A stretch of 64,000 bases of DNA, taken from NCBI RefSeq assembly GCF_022539665.2, contig NC_081333.1, positions 11,408,001 to 11,472,000 of the forward strand. Direction: 5' to 3'. The notes below the pieces were generated by a model. The model saw nothing but the letters and a program-made list of their open reading frames with translations. It was not told where the DNA came from and searched no databases. This DNA comes from Daphnia carinata (lineage: Eukaryota). Positions 39,110 through 52,900 of the stretch are shown here, piece after piece (the stretch's first letter is position 1; every line of letters starts with the position of its first letter). Made by a program: the position numbers and the translations under genes.

Positions 39110-42100
39110 ACGACCGATGCGATCATCGTGATCCATTGGAACTCGCTGGACGGATGAATGATTCACGACGGATGAAAAGAAGGCAGAAAAAAAAAAAAAA
39201 ATATGTCTATCGGCTGCTGCGGCGTCGTACCAGCAGTGGCGGTATGGCATCATCGAATGACTATCGTCTGAGTCAGACACCACGAAAGAAAAAAAAAAAG
39301 AAATGATGGATCATTTAAACAAAAAATAAAAAATAAAATTCAATATGAGCCCACACAGACACGTAAGATGGCGTTAACGGTTTCAACCCCAACTTGTTTC
39401 TTTTCTTTTTCGTCATAATAAATAACCACTTCTCTCTTTTTTTTTTTTTTTGCACGCGCGCGCCCGTATGTATCCAACCTATTGAGGAAAATCTTTTCGG
39501 CCATAACGGCCGTGCGCTTCTTTTTTTTTTCTTCTTCTTCTTAACGCGCTACATACATCACGCGTCGTCATAAATTAGGACTGGTGCATTCATCTATTTT
39601 CTTCTTCTTCTTCTTTCTTTCGACTCATTTCCTAACGCGCACCAGTGGCCGTAGATGGTCAGGCAGTCACACGTATTAGACGTCAAGCAAGAGAGAGAGA
39701 GAGAGAGAGCGCCAAAATAAATAAACAAACGAGCAAACATCGTACAAACAAACGTATCCAATTTTTCAACTAGCTCCAGGTGCCAAACCAGGTGACAACG
39801 CCTCTTCACCTTTTCTTTCTGAACCATAAAAGAAATTAAAAGAAACAAAAAACAATCCGATGGCCTACTAACTTTGTGCCGAACGCGCATTCCTCTCGAA
39901 AAAGAGAAAAAAAAAAAACTTCTAAAGAGATAAAGATTTGCCGACTAGTTCTCAACAATCAACTCGAAGATAAGAATACATTTTAAGAAAAACAAAATAC
40001 GATAAAGACCAGTTTCAATTTTTTTTTTTATTTATTTTTTTTTTTTTGCTTCTGTTGTATTCCATTTTCTAAAATGGCCCAAGCCGCACAAAAGGAACCT
40101 TGTGAAGGACGCGCACACCTTAATTCTTAAGTTCTTCGATTTATTTACTATTCATTTTTTATTTTAGTGATACAACTAGTTCTGTTGGCTAGTTCGTGTT
40201 GTTCATCTCTCCGTGCGAGCGGAATAAATAAAGATGATGGTTAACAACCTGTTGAATCCCCCCCCCCCCACCATTTTTGAATAGACCAACCAAGAGGAGA
40301 GACAACACGAAAGAAAAAGGTGCTTGGGTATTCGATAATAAAGAGTGGCACATCCGTGGCGCACACCGTGAGTCGTTCATTTCTTTTTTTTTCTTTTTTT
40401 TTTTTTTTTTCAACATCGTACTCGAAAACGTGTCCCGCTTGTGTGTATCTTCCAACCACTTTGGCTTTGTGAGTCCATCGCATTGTCAAGCCAATACGGT
40501 AGAAATGACGATGAGATTACAAAAAAGAAAAACAGAAATTCCATATGTAAAATAAATGACAGCATCCCCACACGATCACGAGAATCCAATAGCCACACCC
40601 AACTGAAATTCACGCCAGCGGAATTACATGAAATCATCCATATAACGGTGTGTTGCAACACGACCCGTGACAGCAAACCTTTCTCCCCACCAAACAAAAA
40701 CAAAACCGGTAGATAGAATTCGATTGGGCCGGTTGTATAAATTAACGGAGGAGTATGAAAGAAAAGAAGCGATCCATCTCTATCACAGGGTCATCCCGGT
40801 CCGTCATCGACGACCCCGCAAAGTCCAGCCGAAAAAAAAAAAAAAAAAAAAGCTTCCCACAACCAGGAAATGTGTAACTTTATAAATATATATTCAAATG
40901 TTTGAATACGATGCCGCCATCGATGGGAATCTAGCCAAAGATAATTCCCCCCTCCTCCCATCTGGCACGCGTGCACTTTTCACGCACCTTCTTTCTTCTA
41001 CGTAGAGCCGCTTCAATCCATTCATCTGATAACAATCTTCTCTTCTTTTTGTTTTTCCACCCATCTTTCCTACTGTATTTTCTATTGAATCGTATTTCTT
41101 TTCTACTAAATCAATCTTGCTGCATTTTCATTTTAAACCTACACAACAACAGCGAGAGAATTTCATCCCACACACAGCATCTCATGTCCCCACAGCACAT
41201 CCGCCCGGAGCACACACACACACACACATAGACACACAAAAAAAAAAGAAGTGGCATGATCTCACGCAAAGCTCAATCGAGTGGGTACAATCGTTTGGTG
41301 TGTGTGTGTGTGGTATTATATATTAGCAGGCGTGGCTGTGTCGTGTCGCGCTTCAATGGCTGATCGAATTCTATTCCCCCTCCTCTATCGTGTGTTACAC
41401 ATGTAACAGGTAAAAATATATATATATGAAAAAAAGGGCAATATAGGGGAGGAGTGCTACCACTGACGGCACATCAATAAGGATCTGGTTTATCTTTTAT
41501 TTTTATTTTTTTGCTCGTTTGCTTGTGTATATTTACACGTATACAAGTAATTGGCGCTGGTATTTGAATTCGAGGGGGGGGGGGGGAGATGTATAGTGTT
41601 GATAGACAAGATTCGAATAGACGGGGCGTTGAAAAAAAAGAAATGGCAACCATCCCAAAAAAGGGGTTGGAAGAAACAAACAAATGATGAATATTCCCAA
41701 TTCGAAAATGGCCAGTCCCGAAAACGAGCAATGTTTTACACAAGGCGTGTGTGTGTGCGTGTGTGTTTCCTTTCAATCGCCCACCCCCCACCACGTCTGC
41801 GCCGATGATGTCACCTCGCAAAAAGATGGCCTGAAAAGTGTGTACACGTTTCCTGTTTCCAATTCTCTTTCTTCCGCCTTATCAACACTAGACATCATAA
41901 CAATAGAGTCGCTCTTTTTCTCGTTTTGTTTGCGGGGTTGTTTTTCCTTTTGTCGCCCTTCCTTTTACGGTCGTTATCAGTTGCCTTCTTTCCCACCCTT
42001 TTTTGGCGGCATCGAACGCAAATTTTCAAAGTTTGTTTTTAAGCCACACACGGGGGGAAAAAAAAGAGAAAGAGGACAATTCTAGATCATAACAAGTGAC

Positions 42101-45100
42101 GACAAAGCAAAAATGTAACACGTATTCTCGTACGTGGTGTTGACGAACAAAGAAAGAAGAACGGACGTCAATTCACAAATAGAAAATGAAACAAAAGAAG
42201 GCCTAAATTTCGGATAATAATAGGAATAAGAAACAAGAGTGAAAAGCGTAGAGGACGATGACAACAGTAATGATAATAAATGGGGGGACGAATTATTAAA
42301 ACAAAAAAAAAAAAAAAATTAGAGCAAAAGAATGAAAGCGTCCCTTATGGCTTCCATATCTCTGACGTTCTCGAATTACGTAACATCTTCGGAGAACATT
42401 AAACATTATTATCGCTGTCTTTTTGTTGCATGCCCATCTATATTTTCTTTTTTTCCTGGAAGAGGGCATGTGTCATCCATTTTTCTACGCATATCTAACT
42501 CATCCACCCCCTTAAAAAAAAAAAAAAAAATAAATATGACTTCATGGGGCGCGTGCGCGATTAAATAAAAACGATGTGACGTGGAAAAAGAAATATCACT
42601 TTGTTAAGTGGGGGGCCAGAAGGGGAAAAAAAAATGGCAATTGAAAACATTTTTTCTTTTATTGTTGTTCTTTTCTTCGTTTTCGTTCACGTTTGGACGA
42701 AAATACCATTTCAATATCACCCCCTGGGGGTTGAAGAAGAGACCTCACACGGAGCTACAACGTTACGTATGGCAACCCTCGTGAAATCAACAAAAGGTAA
42801 AATATATAAATGCCACTCTAAAAAAAAAAAAAAAGACTGTCGTTTTTTTTTTTCTCAATAGAAAAATAGAAATCCTTTTGAATAGTTTTTTTTTTTTTAT
42901 TTAAGCCCAAATATTCAAATGTATCAAGATATGAAGGCCGCCTGTCACTTTCATCGAGTCGGACATAGGGGAAGAGAATTGAACGATTTAAAAAGAAAAA
43001 GTTGAAGGAGTTTTTAGTTGTTTACTAGGTGGCAACGTGAACGAGCAGGAATGTCACGAGAACAAAAAAATGAAAAAGGAAAGGTTAGAACATTCTCCTA
43101 TTTTCTATGCAGACGACAAGAAACGACATAAAACATGCGACGTATCGTTGCTTGCAACTCTCTCTCTATCTCGCTTTTTTTTTCTTTACATTTCTCTTGA
43201 TGGAATACGTGAAATAGAGGGCACTACCGACACCTGCCCCTCAGGGGCGGGGTGCTTGCGCTATTGTAACAAGGTAAATTGAAGCGAAGAGAGCGCACCA
43301 CCGGCCAAGTAAAACGGTCATTTGCCCGTCTAATTGCAACATTTTCGACCGTCTGTTGACGATTGCTGACCGGTTTCACGTCGAAACGTCCAAATGAAGC
43401 AATGCCAAAAGCCGGGCAAGGCCGCTAACACCCGTACGTTGGCCAAATGTTGAGCAGATGGTCTTGCGAAAGAGCTCCCGACGCCATTCCTGACCTTCTG
43501 CCCACGTTCCTCCACCTGACTCTATAGTCTCTCTCTCTCTCTCTCTCTCTCCTTCGTGATGCAGGCGGCAAAATATGACGAAAAAAAAAAAAAAAAAAAA
43601 AGCTGGCCGCTTGTATCTTTTTAAAAGATACCGGCCATTGCGCCGTTCCATTACTCATATGGAAATAAGAGAGAGTCGCTGATTTTTTGCGACTCTTTAT
43701 GTCAAAAGTCTTGTGGTTAGAAAACCCACCAAAAAATTCCTTTTGAAATCGCATTTCGTAGGTGTTGCGGACGCACAGGTGCTGCTTCCATCAGCCACGC
43801 GCGCAAGTCTTTACACATGGCAAGTGTAGGCGAAAATAAAAGATTCTTTTGATGCTCACTTTGAACAAGGTTCACGAGCCGTCAACTACACCCAAAAAAA
43901 AAAAAAAAAAAAATAGGTGGGCGAAATGTTTCATAATTTATTTCAGAGAGATCACAAAGAGGAGAAAATGAAGATTGCGGGACGCACACCCGCCTTGCCC
44001 TGAAGGCGCGCATTACAAAAGCTTCAATGACATCATCGTCGTGATTCTTTCTACGTACATAACGCAACGACTGCCTTCGTGAGAAATTGTATCACCAATA
44101 GAGAGGGGGGAAATGAATTCCTTCATCAGCGACACCTTTTTTTTTTTCTAAAATATAAACAGCAGATGACACGTCAAGAAAAGATCTGACAACAAGAGTC
44201 AATTAGCGGCTTTTCTTTTTTTTTTTCGAGATAGTGGATATCAGATGCACGAAAAGAGAGAGAGAGAGGCAAATAATCGCATTTAAATTTCAATCGAGTC
44301 AACGGACTTTGGAAAGAGAAAACAACACAAATTTTCAACGATAACAAACCATTGATTTTGTCTTTGGAAACAAAACTTTTCCTCGACGCCATCGTGGGCA
44401 GCATTTTTTTTTTTTCCAGTTTACAAAAACAACTAAAGAATGTAAGCAAATCTACAACGCAATCCATCATCAGCAATTTTTCCCCTCTTTCATTTGCTTA
44501 TTTTTTTTTTTTTTTGGCAAGTTACGAAATTTAAAAAAAATGTGTTTCTCTCCCTCGCAATATGTTTCACGTGAGTGATATACTCCGGTGGGCGACTGTG
44601 TCGTTCCACCGTTCGTAACACACTCACGCCAAAGATATTTAAAAAACAAAACAAAAAAAACAAATGGAAGAAGGAAAAAAACAGAAAGAAAAAAACAACA
44701 ATGTGAAACGGGTAAACGCCGCAAGTATTCACACAGAGAGCGCTGAACCTGCTGCAAGGCATTCGAATCGAGAATGGTGATCTAACTGTTCGCAACTACC
44801 GATGGCTACAGGTAAAAAATAGTTGGCGGCCAGGCCAAGTTTTCCTATTGTTCCACGCATTTCGCTTCTTCTGCCGCAATTCACCGAAAAAAATAATAAA
44901 AATGATGTCATATCGGACAGGGTGTCGTAAAGCGAGGCGCCCCCACAGTCTTTTACGTGGTGGGGTGCGGCTCTTGTAAATAACGAGGACGATCTTTTGC
45001 AGGGTAAAAAAAAAAAAAAAAATTGTGTTTTATTTCATTCCATTTATTTCTGGATAGGTCATCACTGTGGGCAACTCCACCCGAAAGAAGAAGAAACTAT

Positions 45101-46439
45101 GCGCCCGCCTTAACTAGTTGCCCTTTTTTTTTTTTCTTTTTTCGCCTATACCTGTGTGTGTGTGTGTGTGTGTGTGACTGCCTTTATTTGAAGAAGAAGA
45201 ATGAGGCTGAGCGGCACTTGCGACTCGACGGGAAGTCGCCTTACCAGGTTTCCGCCCAGCAATTAAAAATGCAGTTAAATTCTCTTTATCTTCTTCCTTG
45301 CTAGTCGTCGTCGGCTTTTTTTTTTTTTTTTCTTCTATCCCGAAAGGCTTTTTCCATTACCCAAGCCCACTCGCTCACGTCATCCCCTCTGACATTTCCA
45401 CCTTGTATTCCTTTTTTTTTTTTTTTTTTTTGCGTGTGTGATATGCTTCTCTCTCTCTCTCTCCCCTTTAACACACACACACACACTCCACCCTTTTTTA
45501 TAAAGCAACTTCTTCCCGTCGAACGAAAATAAACTCTCTCTCAACAATTTCCATATTTGTTTCGTCATTTCACGATCCCGTGATTTATGACACTGGGAAC
45601 GAGAAACACAAGATGACGTTAGGAGAAAAAAAAAACGGGTCAATTCCGAATGGATTCAGAGTGTTAAGAACAAAGAGATCAAGACCTATGGCGTGTTTAG
45701 AAAAATAAGGATATCATATTCGACCCAGAAAAGAAAAAAAAGTCAAACATTTAAAGATAGTAATCGAAAGTGGATGGTATCAAATAAGACAAGTTGAGGT
45801 CACGCCCCGTTATACCAGCCTTTGACACGTGCATCTCTTCTGGTATATATTAAAAACAAAAAAAAAACAAAAAATAGAATGATTTTCAAAAAAAAAAAAA
45901 AAAAAAAATCATTCTTTGGGGGGGTTACATTTGTTTTCTTTCGGAGATACGAGGGGCGATTCTCGAATATTCAAATAGACCCATAATCCCCAAGAGTCGA
46001 AGATAGGAGAAAACGAAACATGACGGCTAATGGAAAATTCCTTCTCTATTTGGTCAACTTTAATCTTTTTTCTTTTTCATTCCTTTAAAAAATTCTTCTT
46101 TCTTAACTTTTATCGGTTTCGGGAAAAACGTCTACCAGACAGACACACACACAAAAAGAGAAACTTTTTGTTGTTGTTGTTGCACAGCACCTGTTTGGGT
46201 GAACTATTTTGTTGCCTATTACACACACACACACACGCCGTCGTCTCATCCTTACATGGTCATCGTGAACAGGGGTGTATCCCCCCCCCCCCCCAAACAT
46301 CGTTTAGGGTCTTCTGTTCTCTAACGAAGAAGACGAAGAAGCCTTAACAATCACAGCTGAGTTCCTGTGATGTCACCTGAGTTTTGTTTTTCTTTTCCGA
46401 TGGGCTCAATTAGCATGTATATCTACCGAACATTGGAGC

Positions 46440-46470
<31 letters not shown>

Positions 46471-46886
46471 CGTCGTGCAAGATCGAAGATAGCCCTATTT
46501 TTTTTTTTTCAACATTTCACGCCTTCTAAGATTACGCACCCTCGGGCTATCCACATTGTTCTTTGAAATACAAGAAAATGAATGAAAATTCCCGATTCTT
46601 GTTTAGTTTTTTTGTTCTTTTACTTAGAAACAACTGGACCGTTCTGATTTTGTTTTAAAACAAAAGGAGACGCTAGGGCATAGGGAAAGTTAGACGAAAA
46701 TGGGGGAGGGCAGAGAACGTGACGTGAATCCTGATGAAGACGGCGGCGGCTGAAACATTTCACGGCACCGAAAATTCGACGTGCTTCAACGACCGAGCCC
46801 AGAGACTCTTTTTTTTTTTTCTGTTCGCCTTTTCTTCCCACAAAAGAAAGAAAGAAAACGCATAAAAATTCAAACTCGAAGAAACG

Positions 46887-46917
<31 letters not shown>

Positions 46918-49900
46918 GAAAAACATTTTCACGTTACTCTCAAGTGGGTCGTCGTTTGACTATTAAACATTAAAGGAGAGAGAGAGGGGGGGGGGCTTTG
47001 AAATCTATGGCCACTTTATAGAGGCAAAAAAAAAACGGCGATAAACACAAGCCAAGAAAATGATTGGTTTGTTATTTGTTCCTACCTTTCTGAGGTGTTT
47101 GTTGACCCATTTGGTGAACGTCTTTTTCTGGATGGCATCACGTTCATCTGCAATCGAAATCAAAAGTACGTTTCCATTTTAGTAAAAAGAACTACAACAA
47201 CAACGACAAAAAGTTGATGATGTGACATGACTTATTGTGTACAATATATTATGTACACGGTATAAATGACATGAGAGAACTGAAAAATAAAGTCCCGTTG
47301 GTTGAACACACGATCGGGGAAAAAGAAAGAAAAAAAAAAACTGGCGGGGGTTCAATATCCTATACGGACACACTGCCAACGCCATTGTAAATCGATAATT
47401 AGGAATGTGATGAGCTTTGGAAGAAAGAGAAAAACGCTATTGGTTGATGACATGTTTCTTTTTTTTTAACTCTCTCCCACTCTCAACAAGTTAAAGCCAA
47501 ATAAAAATGAAAAAAAAAAAAAAAACAAAAAACGAACGGAGATATCCGCCTCCAGGTGTCCGAACATCCGGGCAAAACCTCGCGGCCATTTCCGGCAAAA
47601 AAAAAAAAAACCTTTCTTTTGGACGTGAGTCACAATTGCCGGATTGGTTGACTGGTTTTTTTTTTTTCACAGTTGCTGCAACGGTTGATTGGAACACACA
47701 CTCTGTTACACACAACATTTGGGGCGATTGCATTTTTTTTACATCCCAAAAAGAAAATTCATCCGGTCAATCAAGCCAATCACGCTACGAGATTAACGAG
47801 TTCTCTTTCGCCTAAAGGAAGGATGAAACTTTAAAAAGTTCATTTTGAAAGAATAAACAAGTAATTTTTACGATGTCTCATGTTTATAATAAATGATGGG
47901 GTGGGCAAATGGAAGAAAAATATGATTTTTATTGGGCGAATCACGTCATGTTTTTGCTCCCCTTTATTTTAAAAATCACCAATGGCATAATTACGGCTTC
48001 CTACCCCCATAAGATCCATTTGCTTTTGGGTTTGTGGTGCATAATCAAGTTTGGCATCAAAATGAACATGCCATTATCAATTCAAAGCAATGACCCTGCT
48101 AAGTAATTATAAGCATTGCCTGAAGCTGCCTGAACGAAAACCTAAAGGCAGCACAAACTGTTTTGTAATGTGTTACCTTTGAATTTGGACAGGTTCTCTT
48201 CGTAGCCGTGAAGAGTCGGATCCAAGCTGGACATTTCCCTCGGATCGTTCGGGTCAAAGCCCAACCGGTCTTTGTAATAGGCCTGTGTCGTCATGATGAG
48301 AGCATTTCGGTGGTGGCAGTTTTCAGTTTCAGTTTTTTTTGCCTCAGCCTCCTCTCACTTTATCTCCAAACAAGCGATATGGGCAGAGAGGCAGAAAAAA
48401 ACTGGAGCCACACACACACACACCACACCACACCACATATACAAACACACACAGCAGACAAATAGAGAAGAAAAAAAAAAAAAAAAAGTTTTCTCTTCTC
48501 AAGACGCCATGGCCGAGTTGTCGACAATAAAAAGCCGCGGGGCCCAATTCAGCAGAAAACAATGACCCCTCTCCCTCCGAATGAAAAAAAATTATTGAAT
48601 AATCAAAGAGCACAACAAAACACCAGCCCAAGTCTTTCTTTCGTTGCAATCGAAACGAATCGGCAACAAGTCGTCGTGGCACAATCACATAGGCACCGTA
48701 TTTTGCCCAACAGCACAAGGCACACGAGCAAAAAACAAAAAGCCGAAAGCAAAAACAAAAATGGACAGGCACTTGTTTTCTTTTTGGCTACTACTTCTAG
48801 TCTCGACGCGGTCCGATCACCAACTGGAGAAGGCCGGTGGCAACCTGCTCCGTTAAACGTTGCCGAGAACTCGCAGCCCACTAGTCAACTTCGCTCTGTC
48901 TATATTCCCACACACGTACACACACGAAGCAATGCGGCCTCCACGGCCGTCAAGATTTGGCCGACGACGCTATCACAAATCGCCACTGCGCGCGCCATCT
49001 CTTGGTGGCGGCATGAAAAACGAAAGCCGATCCGCACACACAAATGTGTTGTCTTGGGAGCCCGAAGTGATAGAAACAGGTTGTTGCCACACACTCACCT
49101 CAGGGCTTTCCTTCATTAAAATAACCCACACACACACATAGAGACGGACGGGAAAAAAAAAAAAAAAGATGCAACCACTTGACCGGTTGTTACGACTGGT
49201 CAAATTTTGTTCCCCCTTACTTGAAAGGGAAACAAAAAAAAAAAAGTTTCAACACGTTCACTGGCAAGCACCACGACACCCCCTCACTAAAAACGATGAC
49301 AACGTCGAGTTTGGCCAACACAGACGTACAATCAAAACAGGTGTGAGAGCTTGCTCAAACACACTAGATACGCCAAGCCACTTGTCTCGGAATAGAGAAA
49401 GGCCCCTTCGTTTTCCCATGCACAAGTTTGGATTTCTGGATGATGGATGTACAAATTCTGACGAGCACCACCAACTTTCAAATCGTCATCTCAGCCAACG
49501 ACGACTGCCTGCCGTCGAACAGAACGACACACGTCACGAGACACGAATGTCATTTCCATTAGCAATTCGTGCGGAAATCAAGGAAAAAGTTCACTCGGTG
49601 CTGTGATAACCATATTTTCGTTTCAACGTGCGTCTGCGTCGGCTGTCAAAAAGACACGACCGTCGTTTTTTAATTGGATTTCACTCTGGTCTGACGACGC
49701 GTAGCCACCTAGCGGCCACGTTATCAAGTGCATGAACAAAACCCCAATAATCGTGTGGAAGCAATCTCCGGTAAGTATTACCATCTGCGGCTACAATTAC
49801 ACACAAAATATTAGGAAAAAAAAAGGTCCATTCATGTAGAAAAATGACTAGACATCTTTCTCAATTTACTATATTGACACAACACTCTGTTGGGTGTCAA

Positions 49901-52900
49901 AAAATCAACATTGATTAATGTACAGTCAAGCAGCGGCACGAGATTTCGACACGAGAAAAAACATTCTTTTCGTGATTGTTTGCTGGCACTTGACCAGGTG
50001 TTCCGATTGTTTCAACAAAGCTTCTTCGGCGAAGAAAAAAAAAACAACGAAACACAGCCGTCTTTGTGTCCATAGTTGACAGGAGTGATCTAACAGTGAC
50101 GAAACTTCGAGATGATCAAACTGTTTTTTTTTCTTTCTAGCTGACACGCTCTCTTTCACAGTTGCTTAAAAAAAAACAGGTGAGACGACGACCACCAAAT
50201 ATTGTGAATGTGATATAATACAGGTTTCGAAGAGGGAGAGAAAAACTGTGCGAAAATGACTAGGCTATGTTTATTAGCTTTTGGTTTCTAGTAGAGGACT
50301 CGGCGGTATTTTATTACTCTCTCTCTCTTTTTGAAAGGAATTCATTTCCTAACTGGATTTCCCTAAGGCGAAGCGCGTACAGAATCTTAACGCAATCAGC
50401 GCTGGAAAAGAAAAAGAATCCGTCAAGCGTTTCTTGTTCACCGCTTTTTTTTTTGTTAATATACTGGTATCGAAAAAAAATTAAACGAAAATTTAAAAGC
50501 AAGTCAACGAACTGGCCCTTTTCATTCCTTATCTGGATGGATTATCTCTAGAAATGTCGTCTAGGTTTTTCAGCGGATCAATAACCACGTTATAGATAAT
50601 AACATGAAAGAAAAAAAAATAATTAAAAGACATCCCGAGGATAAATTCACGCATTATTAAATATCAAGAGGCATTCAATTGGTAGGTTCGGTCTCAGTTA
50701 ATAGAATCATGTTCAACCTAAATTGTCATTTCCCACCCACTGTTACTTTTGAAATGGATCCAAGAGGCGGACAAAACAGTTTAACGGTACGAGATAAGGA
50801 TCCACAAAACTTTAGGAGATGATTTCACCTGCCAAAACATAAAAAGACGTGACGCAAATGCCAAACACTAACCAAATAAACGATAAAAAAATTTCAAAAC
50901 CTTCGAAATAATTTCAAAAATTGATGAATTCAAAAAAGAAAAAAAAAATGTTTTCCTTTTAAGTACGGCCGGATGGTGCATGACGTTGAATTTCTAGCAT
51001 AGATAACGACGTTGCTCTTTTGCTACTGTCGCCAATTCAAGGTGAGAGGAAGTCATGAGTGACGGCGAGAAAAAGAAGAGCTCCAGTAGACATTGCAGCC
51101 TTGTCTTGAGCGACGGTGAAATTACTCACGCTAAAATACATGTGCTCTTGCGTGCTAAGTAACGAGACTATACACACAACATGCGATGGCAAACAAAAGC
51201 CTCAATTGCCTGAAACGTTGATATTTTTCAATGTGAATTTAAATCTTACTCTTCAAACAAAATAGAAAGTCACGATGAATTAGCCATCCGCCACTTTCCA
51301 GCTAGTGCCTTCTCATTAACATCCTCTTTTATAGACACTGCACGGATGCCTAATCTCAAGAAAAGATAATGGTACGCTATAAAAACAAAACTCTCATCAA
51401 GAAAAAAAGAAAAAGAGGGACATCACCTAATGCTAACAATACGTTCACAAATGAAGCTTCAAACGATATGTTTGGCACCAACGGCGACGAAAAGCCAACG
51501 CCTTGAATTTCTGTAGCGACAAAAACGAGATGAAAGCGGCGCTGACTAAAAAGAAAGGGGGTCAATTATTTCAAGTGAATCCAACAACAAGACGATTGCC
51601 GTTTCCTTTTTTCGACGTCTTCAGTGCAGGGCACACCCGAGCATTTTCAAAAACAAGACAAATAAGTGGCAAGTAGTCGCCGACGCCATCGTCTCGAATA
51701 AATAAGAAAGACGAGAAGTGCGTTGCGTGAGAAGCAGCCTGTTTTTTTTTTCGCGGAAGAATTCCTTTTTGTAATCAACCCTTTCGGCAGTAATGATGCC
51801 CAGCATCCTCTCATCTCGTCTGATGGCCTCAATCTCTTCATAGAAGTGAAAGCGCGCGTTGATATTAGCTAGAAATGACCAGCTTCCTTCAAGGACGGGA
51901 GACCTAATCATTTAGCAATTAACTGATGGGAACAGAAAAAGAGAAATAAACAAATAGAAAAGTAGCCCAACAGTATAAACAAGATGCTGGATGTAGCTAC
52001 TGGCACGATGGCGATGATGTTTCAAATATTCTCGTGTCATTAGCCTTTACTTCCAGCAGCTGAAAACGGCTCAATCGATAAAGACGAAAAAGATAAAGAC
52101 CGGAAGGGACCCACGCGCTTTTCAAACCACAGCTCACGGTTACGAAAAATGTTTAAATTGAAACCGGATGAAACTCAATCACTTCACAACGTCGATATTT
52201 AATACTGCAAACAAAGTCACCTTTCTTTACGTGTTATTGTTGTGACATTTTACTAAAAAAAGTTCATGTGATCAAGGCCTGGAAAAATATTCTGGAGAGT
52301 GGGAAATTATTGGCATGTCAAGCTGGCCATTCTAAAATGACGTGATGTCTAAAGATAACCTCACGACGACTGAAGAAATCATGTGAGCCACTTAGTCAGT
52401 TGTGCCAAAAAGGCTCGAAACAAAAGGGTTCCCTTTGCAGCCAAATGTATGAATTTCAAATTGAGCTCGTGCATACGCCCCCGCTGCTAATATCTCGTCC
52501 GGCCCTTTTACACGCGTGAAATACTGGCAAAGGTTTGATGCACATGAAAGGATTCCCTGAATAGAAAAAGGGAGTTGAGGCGAGTTTGCATAGTGTTACC
52601 ATAATGAAATTGGCAACAAAAAGAAATTACATTAAAAGCCCGCTCCCTTTTTTTTTGTATAATAATCAAATGATTAGATTGACATTTGTGATGGATCTTG
52701 TGTCAACAGTCAATTCTCGCGTGTTGTGCACGATCAATTGATGACATTAAAAGAAAACTTTTATGTCTACGTTGCTAATACACCTAACAGAGTTGTGTAA
52801 TCTTTATGATCTATTGACATTCACTTAGTTGGCCAATAGATGGAGGGAGTCGGAACCAAGCATGATTTGTTTACTGTCAAATAACAGGAGGGGAGTTGTT

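Larger units (their letters stand above)
19500..50500. repeat. Intronic zone dense in homopolymers and microsatellites
   Basis: Examples are T36 at 29721-29756, A34 at 30146-30179, G22 at 36237-36258, (TG)18 at 35005-35040, and many (CA)n and (GA)n tracts. Confidence 0.9.

Noticed and set aside
39231..39267. 37-nt AG..GT-bounded segment in the CH1 intron
   Set aside because: It is not a multiple of 3, contains an in-frame stop, and cannot be told apart from a chance pseudo-exon.
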